Assembly (NCBI GenBank): GCA_036172245.1
Contig: JAYWIR010000009.1
Span: 4,712,001-4,776,000, forward strand
Length of the DNA stretch: 64,000 nucleotides
Direction: 5' to 3'
Source of the DNA: Raillietiella orientalis
Lineage: Eukaryota
Below, in pieces: positions 24,681 through 38,102 of the stretch. The notes under the pieces were generated by a model that saw only the letters and a program-made list of their open reading frames with translations, was not told where the DNA came from and made no database searches. A program made the translations under genes and the position numbers. Position 1 is the stretch's first letter. Every line of letters begins with the position of its first letter.

Positions 24681-27600
24681 CTACGTGGAGAACCGAGGAA
24701 GAAGAAGAAGAAAAAAAAAAGTGGCACAACCCGGAGCTGCTTTCCCTTTCTTCTTCCTTCACTCTTCTCCCTCCGTTTCCTCCCCCCCCCCCCCTCCCTT
24801 TCCCCCAGCCTGGGCCCCGCGTCTCCGGCTCAGAGTCGTGAAGGCTCCTCAAGAGAAAGGTGGGATGGTAATGCGGCAGTGGTACACTCCCTAAAGCATC
24901 CCCGAGCAAGACTTCATGAAGGAGGGAGGAGTCCTCGATCCAGGAGCCTCCTGCAGCAGGAGCACCCAAAACGATGACTCCATGAGCCGCGCGCACCAGG
25001 ACTCGGCGGAGGCGCTTCTCTTCCCAGGAAGAACGGGGCAGAATCCCAGACTGCTCCCCCTCGGGTCCTCTCCCGCGCGGGGAGTAGCAGCAGCCCGCGT
25101 TCGTGTGAGAGTAGGAAAAAAAACGCGCCCGAACAGGAGAGGAGCAGGGCGCCTGAGCGGAGGACGTCGCGAAGAACGCGCGCGCGTCTTTCCCCGCGTC
25201 CCTCTCGGGAGTTCAAGGGAGCGGGAGGGAAGACGAAACCCCAGACCTGTCACCCCTCATCCGGGACGAACTCTTGCTGTCCATGTCGAACCCTCCCCGA
25301 TCAGGAAGGAGGGAAAGAGACGGAAGGTCACCTGGACATGAGCGGCGAGACCCTGCCTCAACTTCCGATGACATGAGCAGCACCACTTGCTCGGGAGGTC
25401 TCCCTGGGGCCAGGAGTGCGGGCACACCAGGACACGCACTCTTGCGACCACTGCTGCTCGCCATCCCTCTCGGAGCACGGAACAAGGGGAAGGAAAGGGA
25501 AGGACAGTATGCGTTCGAGACTTAGCTGGGGACAAAGTCCCACTCGTTACTGTTCGGGACGGAACGGGAGGGCTCCTCCGCAGCGCTCACGCATTCGCAC
25601 GGGGAGTACCAGTCATGTGGCGGAACGGGAAAACAGCAGGGGGAGGGGCGCGCGGTGGCGGCCCCATCTCCTGCGGCAGACGACGCACTGCGCGCCTCCA
25701 TAGCCGACGCTGACGCGAGTCTGCGCGGCGCAAAAGTGCGACCTCGGCAACGAGGAGCGGCTCAGCCCCCTCCTTTCGACGGTGCTGCCGTCGACTCTCC
25801 GACGCCGGCTTGTCGCCGAGGTAACGCCGATGCCTCCCCCCCCCCGCCGGCGCGCTTGCGCGAGCTCCGGAGCACCCTCCGCCTGCCGGTGCACGCAACC
25901 CGGTGCTGCTTTGGAGCTCGCACGCTCCGAGCCGCAGGTGCATGTTCGAGATGCAGTTGTCTCAGCAACCCTCCGAAGCATCCCGGAAAAAAAGGCGGAC
26001 AGAAGGGGGAGAGGGCAAAGTGAAGCGTTCGGCACTGTCTTCCTCGCAGCTCCTCTCCTGTCTCGCAGCCAGTCGCCAGAGCAACAGCGGACTGTGACCG
26101 CTCACGCACGGGAGAGAGCCTCCGACTTGCGGTTGGATCGCACGGGAGGCGGCAGCGCGCCCTCCTCCTCGCAGAGCTGCTCCAGGGCCTGGGGTGTGGC
26201 GGGATGGGAGGGGTGGGGTAGATGGTCACCTTCAGGAGGGAGACAAGGAAAGGAAGGATGATGGACTGGCACTCCTACTTATTTCCACCGCCATGCCGTG
26301 GGCGCGTCCCTCTCTCCGGAGGGTTGTTCCCTGCGGACATACTCCTTCCGCAGCTATCAGTATCGCCTCCAAACACAAAAGCTCAGGAACCTTCCGGACT
26401 GGACCAATGAATGGGTAATGGGGAACCCCCTTCCCCGAATAGTCCTACAGGAGGAGCGCTGTCTCCTCCAGAAGTGGGAAAACGCCCACATAGATCTCCG
26501 AGGAAGGGGAGTCCCTTACTGTTGCTCCGGGGAGCAGTGACGAACGCAGGTGCCTCTCCATCGCTGACAACGAGAGAGGGCGAAGAAATTTCTTTAGAGA
26601 TTCGCGCTGCAGTGCAGCAGCAGGAACTCGGCACTGCGTGAAACCTCTCCAGGACAAGCGCCGCAGGGCGTTTCATTTTATAATTGCCCAAGGAAAGAGC
26701 AGCCGAATCCACGGGATATCTTTTCAGAGTCCTCCTTCAAGAAGCAGTGCGCAGGTGCCCCCTGAGCGCTTCTGTCATGGGAATCCCACGGGATCGGGGT
26801 GCCCCTCGAACAGCGGCAGGACCGCGCGGAAGCATATGCGGGTTGAGTGCGAGCGTGCATGCTGCCGCCTCCCCCCCTGAGGGGCAAGCAGCTGTGAGAA
26901 GCTTCTCCGTCTGAACAAGAGATGGCAGAACGGGGGGAAATACGGCGGCGATAGGACAGCACGCCTCGTTTCCGCGCTGCCGCTGAGGCGCGAAAACTCC
27001 GGAGGGGGAGAGAAGGACGGGGGTAAAGGTGGAGCAGAGATTCCTGCTCGCAGTTCTTCCCTTTCTTCCCTCCCTCTCCTTTCCTCCCGCTCGGCGCCGA
27101 GCGCTCGAAGCACGCCGCCCGAACTGCTCCTGCAAAAGGCCGCAGGAAGGAGTAGGAGGGCGAAGTAGGAGAGCGAGGGACATGCGCTCGCGCACGCCGC
27201 CTTCGTCTGGGGAACGGACGACCTTTGCGAGAGAGGAGCCGCGGCGGTTACAGCCACAACCACCATCCGCCGCCCTCACCTCGAGCGCGGCAGCGACTGC
27301 CAGCCGCTAGAGATCTCTGTTGCCGCTGCGAACTAAGGGACGGCAGGGGTGGATGATGGGTCTGGTCAAGACTCCCCACCCTCCCGCGTGCTTATGGTTT
27401 CGCCCCCTTCCTTCCACCGCCCTTCAAGCTCCGAAAGACACTATTGCTCCGCTACCCCTGATCAGGTCGTCTCTTCCCCTCTTCCGTCCTCTTCCCCCTC
27501 AGACAATGACGGGGTCAACCGTCGGGCTGGCTGCTCGGAGTTTAGAGCAACGAGTACGATGGCAGCACGCGGGCCACTCTCAGCTGCTAAAGACGCCGCC

Positions 27601-30600
27601 CAAAAGACCCGCGCCCTCGACAAGGCCCCGGGAGCATCGTCACGACAACGGGACGGCTCGAGTGGGCTCCCATCGCGGCGGGTGGAAGAAGGAGACCGGA
27701 GGAAGGATGGAAGGGGAGAGGAGGAGATGGCTTTGATCTTGTCGACCTTGAGCGAGGGCAGGGAAACAAGGCTGTGAAAAGGGCCCGCCGGCTCCTCCGC
27801 TTCCCTCCAGCCCTCGAGAGGGGCCTTCCCGTCGCCAGTGCAGCGGCGATCCGTTTGCTTCCTTCGTGAGGGTCATCCCTCTTCGAAGTCTGTGCAAGCA
27901 GCTCCTTTCCCGACCCATCGTCAGGGAAACCGTCGTCTCCCGGTTACCACAGTTCCGGCGGGATATCCCCGGAAGAGTGGACTGCGATGATGGCGCCTCT
28001 TTGGGGAGCGAGAGGAAGGGAGGAGGAAAGGGGGGCCACCGAGGGAACCTAGAGGACTCCCCTCCCCTCCCCGGCTTCTATTCCTCTGCGGCTGCTTCCA
28101 GGAGCCCCGGGTAAGCTTCTGGAGATAAGCAGCAGCCATGGAAGACGCGAGGAAGGGAGACGCACCCGCGGGAGAGGTGAAGCGTTTTCAAGGAGAGCTC
28201 CCTCCGGGCGATGGCGGAAGAAGGTTGCTGCGCGTGCGAGGCACCTTCTGCTGCTGCTGCTGCTCAGGCATCCGTCAGAGGGAGGGGAGGCAGTGCTACT
28301 GTTTGGCAGCGCCGGCCGTGCAGAACCTCCCGCCCGCTTTCTCCTGGACCCTGGACAAACGAAGACTCCCGGAACGGACGGCGGAGCTCCCGTGAGAATT
28401 GTTGGCTCGGCGTCCAGGATCGAAGGGAGAGACCCCAAGAGGGCAGGGAACAAGGAGCGAGCAAAAATAGTGGGGCGAGATCCCCTTGACTTCACCTCAG
28501 GACGTCGCCCTTCCCTCGCTGCTGCTGGAGTCAGGCGAGTGAGGACGACCGCCCCCACAGCTCCGTCATGAAGCCGGGCCGCTGACTTCCCCTCTGGAGG
28601 CAGCGAGAGAGAGTCCTTGATGACCAGCAGAAGGCCGCCTGTGCCCCGGGGAGACCGTCCCCCCCCACACACACACATCCGGGAGGCAGGACGAAAAACC
28701 GCCTCTCCTTGCCCCGGAGGGCTCTTGGCCTCGAGGGGGCGTGAGGCCGTCATCTCCGCCTGGGGAGAAAGACGGGGCGTGGAGGCACCCCGGGGCATAA
28801 AGAGACTTCCTGACCTCCCCCTTCTGCGGAGAAGGGAAAGCGTTCCTCGCCCCCAGTGTTGCCGTGAGTGAGCGGCCTCGCCCCTCCCCCCTCTGAGGCG
28901 AAGGGCGAACTCGTGAGTGAACTGGCGGTATCCGGTGGAGGGGCGGCGAGCCCGCTGCGGCCCACACGGAGGGACGGATGTTTGCCCCCCACCCCGCCCC
29001 GAGCACGTCTCCGGGAGCGGGCGGCTCTCTCTGGCGGATGCCGGCAGAGGCACCGCGGAGACGCGCAGCCCCCGATGAGGTCGAAGAGGGAGGGAACTGG
29101 GAAGAGCATCCCTCCCACCCGCGAGAGGGACTCACCGGGAAAAACATAGCTTGACCCTTGGTGACAAGGAAAGATTGGCTGCCATTGGTCTGGCTGACGA
29201 CCACCCCACGGATGAGAACCGCCCACGGCCAGGGGCAGATGGGAAGGAGGAGCCGTTTCTCGGGTGCGCGCACCATCTGACAAGACTTCCCTTCCTCCTC
29301 CTCTCCCTTTACTCTTTCGTTCACCCCAATTCCCCTCTCCTCTTCCTCCCTCTTTCCGTTTCCCCTGCTCCGTTCTTCTGGGTTCCTTCCTTCCTCTTCT
29401 TCACCCCGTTCCCTCGCGAGGGAGGCCGGAACGAAAGGAGCAGAGGAGCACGGTAGAACGAAGCGGCGATCCCTGGAGCAGCGGCGGACCTTGGGAAACT
29501 CTCGAGAGGTCGCTCGGAGAGGGACGAAGGGGGTCGTAAGATTACCCCTCAGCCTCCTCGATGAAAGGACCTGTCAACCAGGGGTCGCTGAGCCGGAGAG
29601 CTTCGAGAGAAGGCGGAAAAGTACCACCCGATGAGCGCTTCGAAGGTATGCACCCGGGTCAGCCGCATACCCCAGGTCATCCGCCATCGCAACGCCGGAA
29701 CCCACAAGAGTTCCGACGACAACGAGGGAAGGGTCCGGGGATAGACGGAAAAGGAGGAAGCCGCGAGACGGCCGGGGGTCGGGAGAGGTAGGTCGCCACC
29801 TCCCTTCGGCTAAAGCTGCCCCCCAGGGGAGCAGGGAAGCACTCTCGTGGAAGGCCCCAGCGGCGACCCGGAGATGCATCATCCACCGGCGCGGAGCGGA
29901 CCCACCTCCTCCTCCACGTGTCTTCATGGGAAGTTCGGGTGGGGGGGTCACACAAGAGCCGGCGATGACCCTCTGGCTTCACGTGTCGCAGTCGCGTCCG
30001 TCACCACCACTTCCTGCTCCTCCTCCGCGAAGAGCGACGGAGAGAGCGTGCGCGCCGTGCCGGCTGAAGCTGGGTTGCCCAGATCCACCGCGTGGAGGCA
30101 GCACCCTCGAGCAGACACTCGCCGGTGAGCAGAGTGCACCCGAGAGACGTTAAGAGAGGGCTGGCCGGTGGCTAGGGATGGGGAGGAGCCACTGCTGCCG
30201 CTCAGAGGCGCAAGGCAGTGGTTCAAGAAAGGCGAGAGCGGTCGCACCGCCGCCGCCAGACGGCGCGCGCGATGCGTTCGTTTCATTGTGGTGGGGCGGG
30301 GGATAGACAGGTCATCTGGGGAAGCTCCTGGGCTTTGCTTCTCGGCCTTTTGGCTATGATCAGAGTGCAGCTGTGGAGCAGCATCTTGTGGCCCTCCCTT
30401 CATACCCCTTCCCTCTTTCCAAGGATTCGGCCGGCACCCTCGGAGGTCGGTCGCCGCAGCCGATGACGGTGGGGATTCCGACCGCGTGCAAAAGCCTTCC
30501 TCTCCGCGTTTTCCGGGAAACGCGCAGCCTCCCCCTCCTCCGCTCCGCATCCGCGAAAGCGCCATCTCGTCCGAGCGCTCCCTCTCCGCGAGCGAACCCG

Positions 30601-31470
30601 CTCGCCTGCCTTCCCTCCCCCCTTTTTTCCCTTTGCTTCCTCCCCTCCCTCTATCCCTGCATGTTTACGAGCTTTACGAGACGCCTAGGTATCGCATCTC
30701 TTTCATTTCCTCGCCTCCTCCTCTCTGCCTGCGAACAGAGCTCCAGGCACATCCTCCCACCTGTTTCCTTTGTATCTCCGGTTTCCCTTTCAGGGAGAAC
30801 GGAGACGTTCTAAAAATGGATCACTTCCTATGCCCCTCCTCCCCCACCATCCGGTGTCTTTTCCTCCTCCAACCCCCCCCCCCCTCCACCATCCGGTGTC
30901 TTCCTTCTTCCTCCCCCACTCGGCTGGCCGTCGGGAACGTCTACGGGAACGTCGCGCGGAATTTCTGACCGCGGTCCCGGGACTCTTTCATCACGGCGCG
31001 GATGGACGCCTCGGAGAAGAGAAAGGGAGGAGAACGTGCGTGCCTCTCCCCGCCTTCCCCTTCGAAAATCCCCTGCCGCCCCACTGCGGAAACCCGGAGC
31101 CGCGGTGAACCCGGAATGCTGGGAAGTCTTCCGCAAGCTGCTGCGACCCCGCACTCGCTGGCTTCTTCTTCCTCCCTGCCACCCTCGACGAATGGGGGAG
31201 ATGGAAGGCCGGTGTGCCCTCTGCAGCCGCCGCCGCCGCCGCCGCCCGCCCGCCCGCCGAGGAGGGAGGGAGGAGGACGTTCACACTATCCTGGAGAAGG
31301 AGGGATCACAAAAACGAAAGCATTCCCTCCTCCCGCGCGAGCGGGACGCGTTCAGTACTCACCGAGAAGCACGGGATGCTGCCGCTGCGCGCGGAAGTGT
31401 GACGACGCGGTGCCGCCGGCGGTTCTGCCGCAGCTCCGTTGGAGGAAGCGCCGACGATCCGTGCGTTGCC

Positions 31471-34400
31471 ATGGGCGGCTGGGAGGCGGCCAACGAGGTC
31501 AGGATCCTGTGCGCAGCCACCGTCCTGTCCAAGCTGAGCCTGCTGCTGTGGATTCTGGCCCTGAGCACGAGCCACTGGTATGCGCTGGACACAGCCACGC
31601 CGATATACATAAACGTCACGGAGAAGTGGTTCATCAGCAGCCACTCGGGCATCTGGAAGTACTGCAGGACGACCTTCACTAACCAGAGCGGGACAGGCGT
31701 TGTCGTAGGTACGAGAGGGGGGGGAGGGGGGCGGGGGTGTACGAGAGAGCAGCCGCGCGTCCCAGCTACAAGAGGGGGACGGTACGGTGGCTGCGTTGGC
31801 AAGAGGGGTTCCTCTTCCGCTCTCGTTCAAAAAGACGAACGGAGTCCGAGGGACGGTTCGGACGGGAGAGGAGGCTCCGCGGGCAGCTCTCGCTTTTTGC
31901 CCTTCCGCTTTTCCCAGAACACATGATCCGCCCTTGCTCAGAGATCAGCGAGAGCGACCACGAGTCTCGCTGACCGGTCACGGCTGCTCCGTCAGCCTGC
32001 CCCACGCGACTCCCCCTCCCGCCTCCAAACCCACATGCACGTGCACTTTGACACGGACTGCCCCTCGTGATCCCGTTTCGCCCATGATTCTCGGGGAAGA
32101 GTCGAGACGGACGCTCCGCGTCTCCACACCCCCCAAGCCCTACTCACGCCGATCCGCCCAACGCCTACGAACCTCCCATTGTTGCCGGCTGTCTTTTCTT
32201 TCATCCCCTGTTGAAAGCTGCAGGCTATTTTTGCTCTACCATCTTCATTGCTGCTGCCGCATCTCTCTCCGCCCCCCCCCCTCCCTTCCTCTTTTCTCTC
32301 CGTCTCTCTCTCTCTTTCAAATTTCGTTGCAGATGCTGAATAAATGTGCAGCGGGCAACGCCTTCACAAAGGACGGCTTTTGCACGGGAAGAAAGAGCGA
32401 TCAAAACGGATTGCATCGTTTGTGGCAGAGAGAGCTTCTGGCACCTCCCATTGAAGGAGGAGGAAAGACGGGAAGCAGCACGAGCGCTCTTCTGCGTGCG
32501 ATTGCGTGTTGGTCTTTCTTCCCTCCGCGAACACGCACACGCGGTTCGCTGGTTCAAAACATCTTCCATTTCTTCTCCTTCCCCTCCTCCACGTTTCGAA
32601 TGCCTGCGGCTCACGTCGGTGCGTCTCCTTCACCCCTCCGTGCATTGCTCTGGTGTTATTGGCATTCCCCCCTCCTGGAAGAAAAGGGACGCCACCCATA
32701 TAAATCAGATGGATGTAATCCATCTGATTTGCACGAGTCCGGAAATCAGTCGGTGCCGCGGAGGACCGAACCGCAACCCCGGAAACGCATCGGAACACGG
32801 GAGATTGCGGATTTCTGGAACGAGCGAACCGGAGCCAGGGAGACGAACGCCGTTGGGTGCGGAAGCTGTGCTCCGTGTTCGGATGCGAATTCACGCCTCT
32901 CGGTGATGCCGAGGCCCGAGAGCATCGGATCTTGAGCGTCCCGGAGTGCGAACACGGCCGAAGCGAACACCACACTAAAAATAGCCACCGACACAACACG
33001 CGCTCAATCTCAACATTCCCTGATAGCCTTGGATTGTTTTCAAGAAGGAAAAAAAAAGGGAAACACGAAAACATGAAAAAAGCGGAGCGCAGTAAATACG
33101 CGAAGGTAATTTTAATGTAACGTACGGTACTTCCGACGTGCGCTCGAACGGATGCAGCGGATGCACGTCTTCGCGAAGTGGGTGTTCACGAAGAGTCCGA
33201 TCGGGGAAATTTGGAACGCAACCGTGGTGAAGCTGAGACCCAGAAACACCGAGGGAACACTTTCCGCGTGTGCTCCTCTCCCCCCCTCCCTCCCTCCGCC
33301 ACGCTTCCCTCCCTTGCTGCTGCTGCTGCTGCTGCTGTTCTTGTGGTGGTGGTGGTGGTTTGTTTGGGGAGGGGACAGAAGCATTCGAGCGGGAAGACCT
33401 CGAAGAGCCTTACCGTTGTGCTTCACTCATCCGCGGATCCCCCCTCCTCCCTTCCCCCAGTGACACGGCTCGCCCAACTTTCAGCCAGCCTTCGCCTAAC
33501 ACCATTTGCCCATCACTTGAGAATCTTCGCTAAACCCCTGAGGTATCCGTCATTGCAACTTTCGTTCCGCCGTCATTTTGGCACTCTGGTGGTGCATCGG
33601 CATTCACAGCCTCCCCTCATCTTCCCGGGGAGCGGAAATTCCGGCGTTTTCCGGCCTCTAGGGCTCACAGCAGGTCGCGAAAACCTATTCCGGTTATTTT
33701 TATTTGGAAGCATCGATCGTTACCACATTTTTCTTTCCTTTTGCAAATTCCTTTTGAGCAGAGTCACTGCTGGGAAGCGATCGGCAGCCACCTTTTCCGA
33801 AAAAAAGAAAAGAAAAGAAAAGAGAGGAAGCACGTGAGATGCCCTCGCGAGATGAAATGGGAGATTTAAAAAAAAACAAACAGAATTTCTGCGGAACGCG
33901 AGGGCAGGGCTGCCCTTTGCAAATAGCCGTAAACCTTTCGCAGGAGGATCATTCCCTTGGTGCCTGCCTGCCTGCTGCTCGGTGAAGTGGAGCTGCTGCT
34001 GTATTTTCGTCGCGAACCTCATCTGTTGTGCTGTCGCGGCGTTTTTGTTTTTCTCTTTCACTCTCTCACCTTCTTCTTCCTCTTCCCCCTTCCTCCCTTT
34101 TTCGTTCCTTTCAACTTCTTGCACCTTCGTGTTGAGACGTCTCGAAAAGTCTATTCCGCGCGGAGAATCCTACGGAGACAAATCGTGCCTTTGCCACAGA
34201 GGTGCATCTTCCCTGACAGCACGGCGTCACCACCCCACCCCCTGCTTCCACCCGCGCCATTCTCCTGAACCCCTTTTTTCCTAGTTTTTGCAAGCGTTGG
34301 TTGATCGAAGATGGACCAACGTTGCCGCCTGCGCTTCGGGGTTGCCCTAACGCCTTGCGAGTCGGCGTCTTGTAAGGTTGCTGGCGCCTTGCCCAGCCAG

Positions 34401-37042
34401 AACAGTTCTTGGTAATAACAGCGCCGACGGAAAAGACGAAAAGCGGCGGCGTTTCCTGCCGCCTGCTTGGTAGCGCGCAGCCACAAGCGCTGAAGAGGGC
34501 GGCGAGCTGACCGACAGCTTCCGGGAAGCACTCGGCCCGCGCGCGCTCGGCAACCGGCGGGCGCCGACGACGGTTCCCCAGCCGGACGTGCGTCCCCGGA
34601 CCTAGCCGACACTTCGCCTCCCGCAGCCTTTCCCGAGCGCGATCCGACGGATCCCGTCCTCGCCGTCGGCCTCGTCCCGTTCCGGGAGAGGGGGAAGGTG
34701 ACACTGCCGACCCAGTTTTCGGTTTCGTTGGACGGGAGGACGCTGCGCCCTGCGCCTGCGTGTCCCTCCTCTCGCAGCCCGCCCGCCCGCCTTTCCCCTG
34801 TCTCATCCGCGCCGTGGTGGCGACGCGCGGGCAGGCCGTAGGAGGACGGAGCCGCCCGATGAGCCCAGCCCCCCGAGACATCACCCCGACTGCCGCCGTC
34901 GACTTCCTGCTGGTGCCTCTCCGCGCTCCCGGAGACTCTCGGGTCACTCCCTGCCCGCGTCGGCGCGTCTCTCCAGTGTCGCCTACGAGGGGATTTCATC
35001 TCTGCCTCCATTTTGGGTCCAGCACTCGGGGTCTCCTCCGACGGCCTTTCCCCCTCCCCTGGACGCGGGAGACGGGGGGGAGGAAGAGGGGGTGATGCGA
35101 GCGACTTGCCTGGAGTTCTTTCAGCTTCGCCCTCCTCCGTCCGGGACCCTTGCGTCTAACCCCAGCCGCAGGCGGCGGTCCCGTCCGGGGCGTGTCGGGA
35201 GGCAGACCGCTGCGCCGTTCGGGAGCTGCCACTCCCGCACGGGAGATGCCTCCCTATGAGCTTCGGGCGCTCCCCACCACGCGGCTCTCCACGGAAGGCC
35301 TCTCTGCGACACCCTGCCCTCCGTGCCCCAGCGCGCCGGCCTCCTGGGCCAGCTGCCGGAGACCTCGTGACTCCAGGAGAAAAAAGCAGCAGGGAGGAAC
35401 GCCTCCGGGACTGCCTGCGCGCTCCGCAGCGAGTCCGACGCGACCCGACCCCACCGCCACCCGTCCTGAGAAAACCCAAAAATCCTCCTCCTCTTATCTT
35501 CTTGCAGAGACGTGCCGCTACTACAGGTGGTACCTGCCCGCAGCCTCCGTGGTCCAGAACCCCCTCGTTGACTCCAACTTCTTGGGTGAGTGCTCTCTCT
35601 GATGTCCACCCTCGCCAGAGGCGGCGGCCCCGACCGCGCAGGACACCTCCTCCCCATCCGCGAGCCCAGGCGAGGGTGGCGCTACGCTGCTGCCACCAGA
35701 GGCCAACGGGGAGTTTCCTTGGAGACTCTTCCCGGTGCCGAACCGCGCTTGCTCCGAGCGGCCCTCCGCGCGCTGACCACGGGACACGTGAACTGTCCGA
35801 TCGGCCCTCGACCTCGACCGCCACGTGCCGGTGGCGACGACGGCGGGCTGGGCCGCACCCACCCCACTCCTCGTCCCCCTCCTGCCTCTCCGGGAACCGA
35901 CCGGAAGTGCCCCTGTCGCTCGAAGGAGAAGCGGTGTCCGTCGCCGTTCCTGCCTGAAGCTCTCCTCCCACTCCCCACCAGGCGCGGGAAGGGGGAGAAG
36001 GGGAACTGGATGACCCCCTCCCTCACCTCGCGTAGGCGCCACCGCGCCCCGCCAGCCGCCTAAGCCGACCCGACGATCCCTCCAGGCAGGGAGGAGCGCC
36101 GACTCACAGCCTGCACTTCTTGTCGTTTTCCAGTCTTCCGGAAGACCAACGCGACCTTCAGCGTGGTGGTCCTCTTCCTCATGCTGATGGCCATCTTCTT
36201 CTCCTTCTACTCGCTGAGGCATCCCCTGTACATGTACAAGAGGCTCTCGGGAGGAATCCACCTGTTGTCCGGTAGGGTCGCGCGCGCGCGCCGGCGGGCG
36301 AGCTTCCCTCTACGCGAACCACGCCCCGCGCTTGGGTCGGAGAAAGCGCCGCAGCCAAACGCGGTGGCCACTTCGCATCCCCCTCCCCCCTTCCCCGCAG
36401 TTCCATACACCGCCACTTTGCATCCCCCTACGCCTCACTTTTCAAACGGTGGTGCGGGAACACCGGACCCATCGTGACCAACGCGTTAACGGCATGCCAC
36501 TTTAATGAATTCCCCAGGGAGCAAACCTGGAAGAGCCACGGAGCCCTCCCTCGTTGCCGTGCATCCTCTGCCTCACGCGGCGATCTTCCCTTGCAGCGAT
36601 TGTCGTCGAGCAAGTGGCTGTTCCCGGAGAATGCCGGAAGTTTCCAGGAGCAACGTTTTGTTTTCGTTTTTTTTTTTTTACTGGTCCTCACGGATTTTAA
36701 AGCTTTCTAATTCACTTACCTCCCTCCCCTTACCCATCCAGAAAGAGGGAAAAACAACAACCAGAGTTATCGTATTATCATACGTCTCGATGTTACTCAG
36801 TTCTTCCATACTTCTACGCACGCACACACAGTGGGATCACGGCAACTGCGCCGTCGATGCAGACTGCAAAAAAAAAAAAAAAAATGCGAGCTTTCTCCTC
36901 CCTCTTTTTTTTTATTTTGTTTTTTTTTGCTTCCCTCCCCCGCCCGTTGTCTTATTTTTTGCAAGCTGGGCGTCACGTGGCCGGTTGCTCGAGCAACATT
37001 GCTGTTGCTTGCCCGGTTCCACACGTGCAAAAAGCAAAAGCA

Positions 37043-37073
<31 letters not shown>

Positions 37074-38102
37074 AAAGAAACACACAGAGAGGAACACGCT
37101 TTCCGTTTTCCCTTTTTATGAGAAATGCTGGCTCCGGTTTGATGTGAACGTGGCACCTCGCTGTGACATGGTGGACAAATGGGCGACCAGTCCTGTACGA
37201 TTTCAGGGTTGCCAGTAGCACAGTTCGGCTCCGACAGTTTGCATAGGAAAATACCGGTTTTCTTGTTTTCGTGACCTTCGCAGGCCCGGTGCTGCTCAGG
37301 AAGCAGAATGCGAGCTTTCCTCTCCGGACTTTCACGCTCCTTTATCGCACCTGCCCGGGCTTCGCGGAGGCCCCGGACGAATGACATTCGCTAAAAGTCA
37401 CTCGATCAACCGAAGGATGGATAGAAAGCAGTTTTTATTGTTCCACCGTCTCGATCCCAGAGTCAGTATTGCGCAGCTCGCTGCGTGGGCATCCTCGTCT
37501 GCAACCCTCGTCCACGCTGCGTCGTGACGGCACTCGTCTACACGCACACAGCATGGATCGACTTGAGCGCCCCTGGAGGATACTTCCCGAGGAAGGATTC
37601 TTCTCCTCTACGCGACCCCCCAAAGACGCGAGGGATCCACGGAAGGGAGGGGAGCGGATCCAGGATTTGCTTGGTCCACGTGGACAGAGGACGCGAGATT
37701 TGAGGAGGTCGTAAGCTCCTTCCAGGTTAAACGGCTACGGACCTAAGCCCATCTCTTCCTCGAAGACTTCCTTCCTTCCTCCTCCGCGTCCCTCGTAACC
37801 CTCCCCCCTTCCCACCCGCGCTCTCATGGACTTCTCTCCTTCCAGCGATCACGGTGGTTGTCATCATCGAGGTCCTGGTCACGTCCGTCCACTACGAAAT
37901 CCAGCACTTGCCGGTGGCGCACCCGTCGGGAAGCCGCTGGCGTTACGGCTACTCCTTCGTCCTGGCGTGGTGCACGGCCTTCCTGTGCGGGGTGGTCGGA
38001 GTGGCCTTCCTCGTGTTCTCCAGGAAGAAGAAGAAGGGATACCTGTCATCCAGACCTGAAGAAGACGTCCTCCGCTACCAGTCTCCCATCATCGGCAGAT
38101 GA
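31471..38102 (+). CDS. PMP22/EMP/claudin-superfamily four-pass membrane protein; exons 31471-31708, 35508-35585, 36134-36271, 37846-38102
   Basis: MGGWEAANEVRILCAATVLSKLSLLLWILALSTSHW...SHSGIWKYC...ETC (W-GLW-C-C signature), TM2 VVVLFLMLMAIFFSFYSL, YMYKRLSGGIHLLS, TM3, YGYSFVLAW TM4, basic tail, C-terminus SPIIGR*. Three phase-1 GT-AG introns; AATAAA at ~38165. Confidence 0.9.

Noticed and set aside
24900..31400. Long ORFs such as 28049-29053 (334 aa) and candidate SDR first exons
   Set aside because: Low-complexity GC-driven frames open on both strands; no ATG-containing phase-0 donor exon could be tied to the SDR.
31036..31470. In-frame N-terminal extension of the claudin-like gene (ATG at 31191)
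   Set aside because: Family members start just before TM1; GCCATGG at 31471 is a strong Kozak context and the extension is Arg-rich low complexity.
31787..32935. 382-aa ORF within claudin-like intron 1
   Set aside because: Non-ATG start, crosses homopolymer and microsatellite runs, no domain signature.
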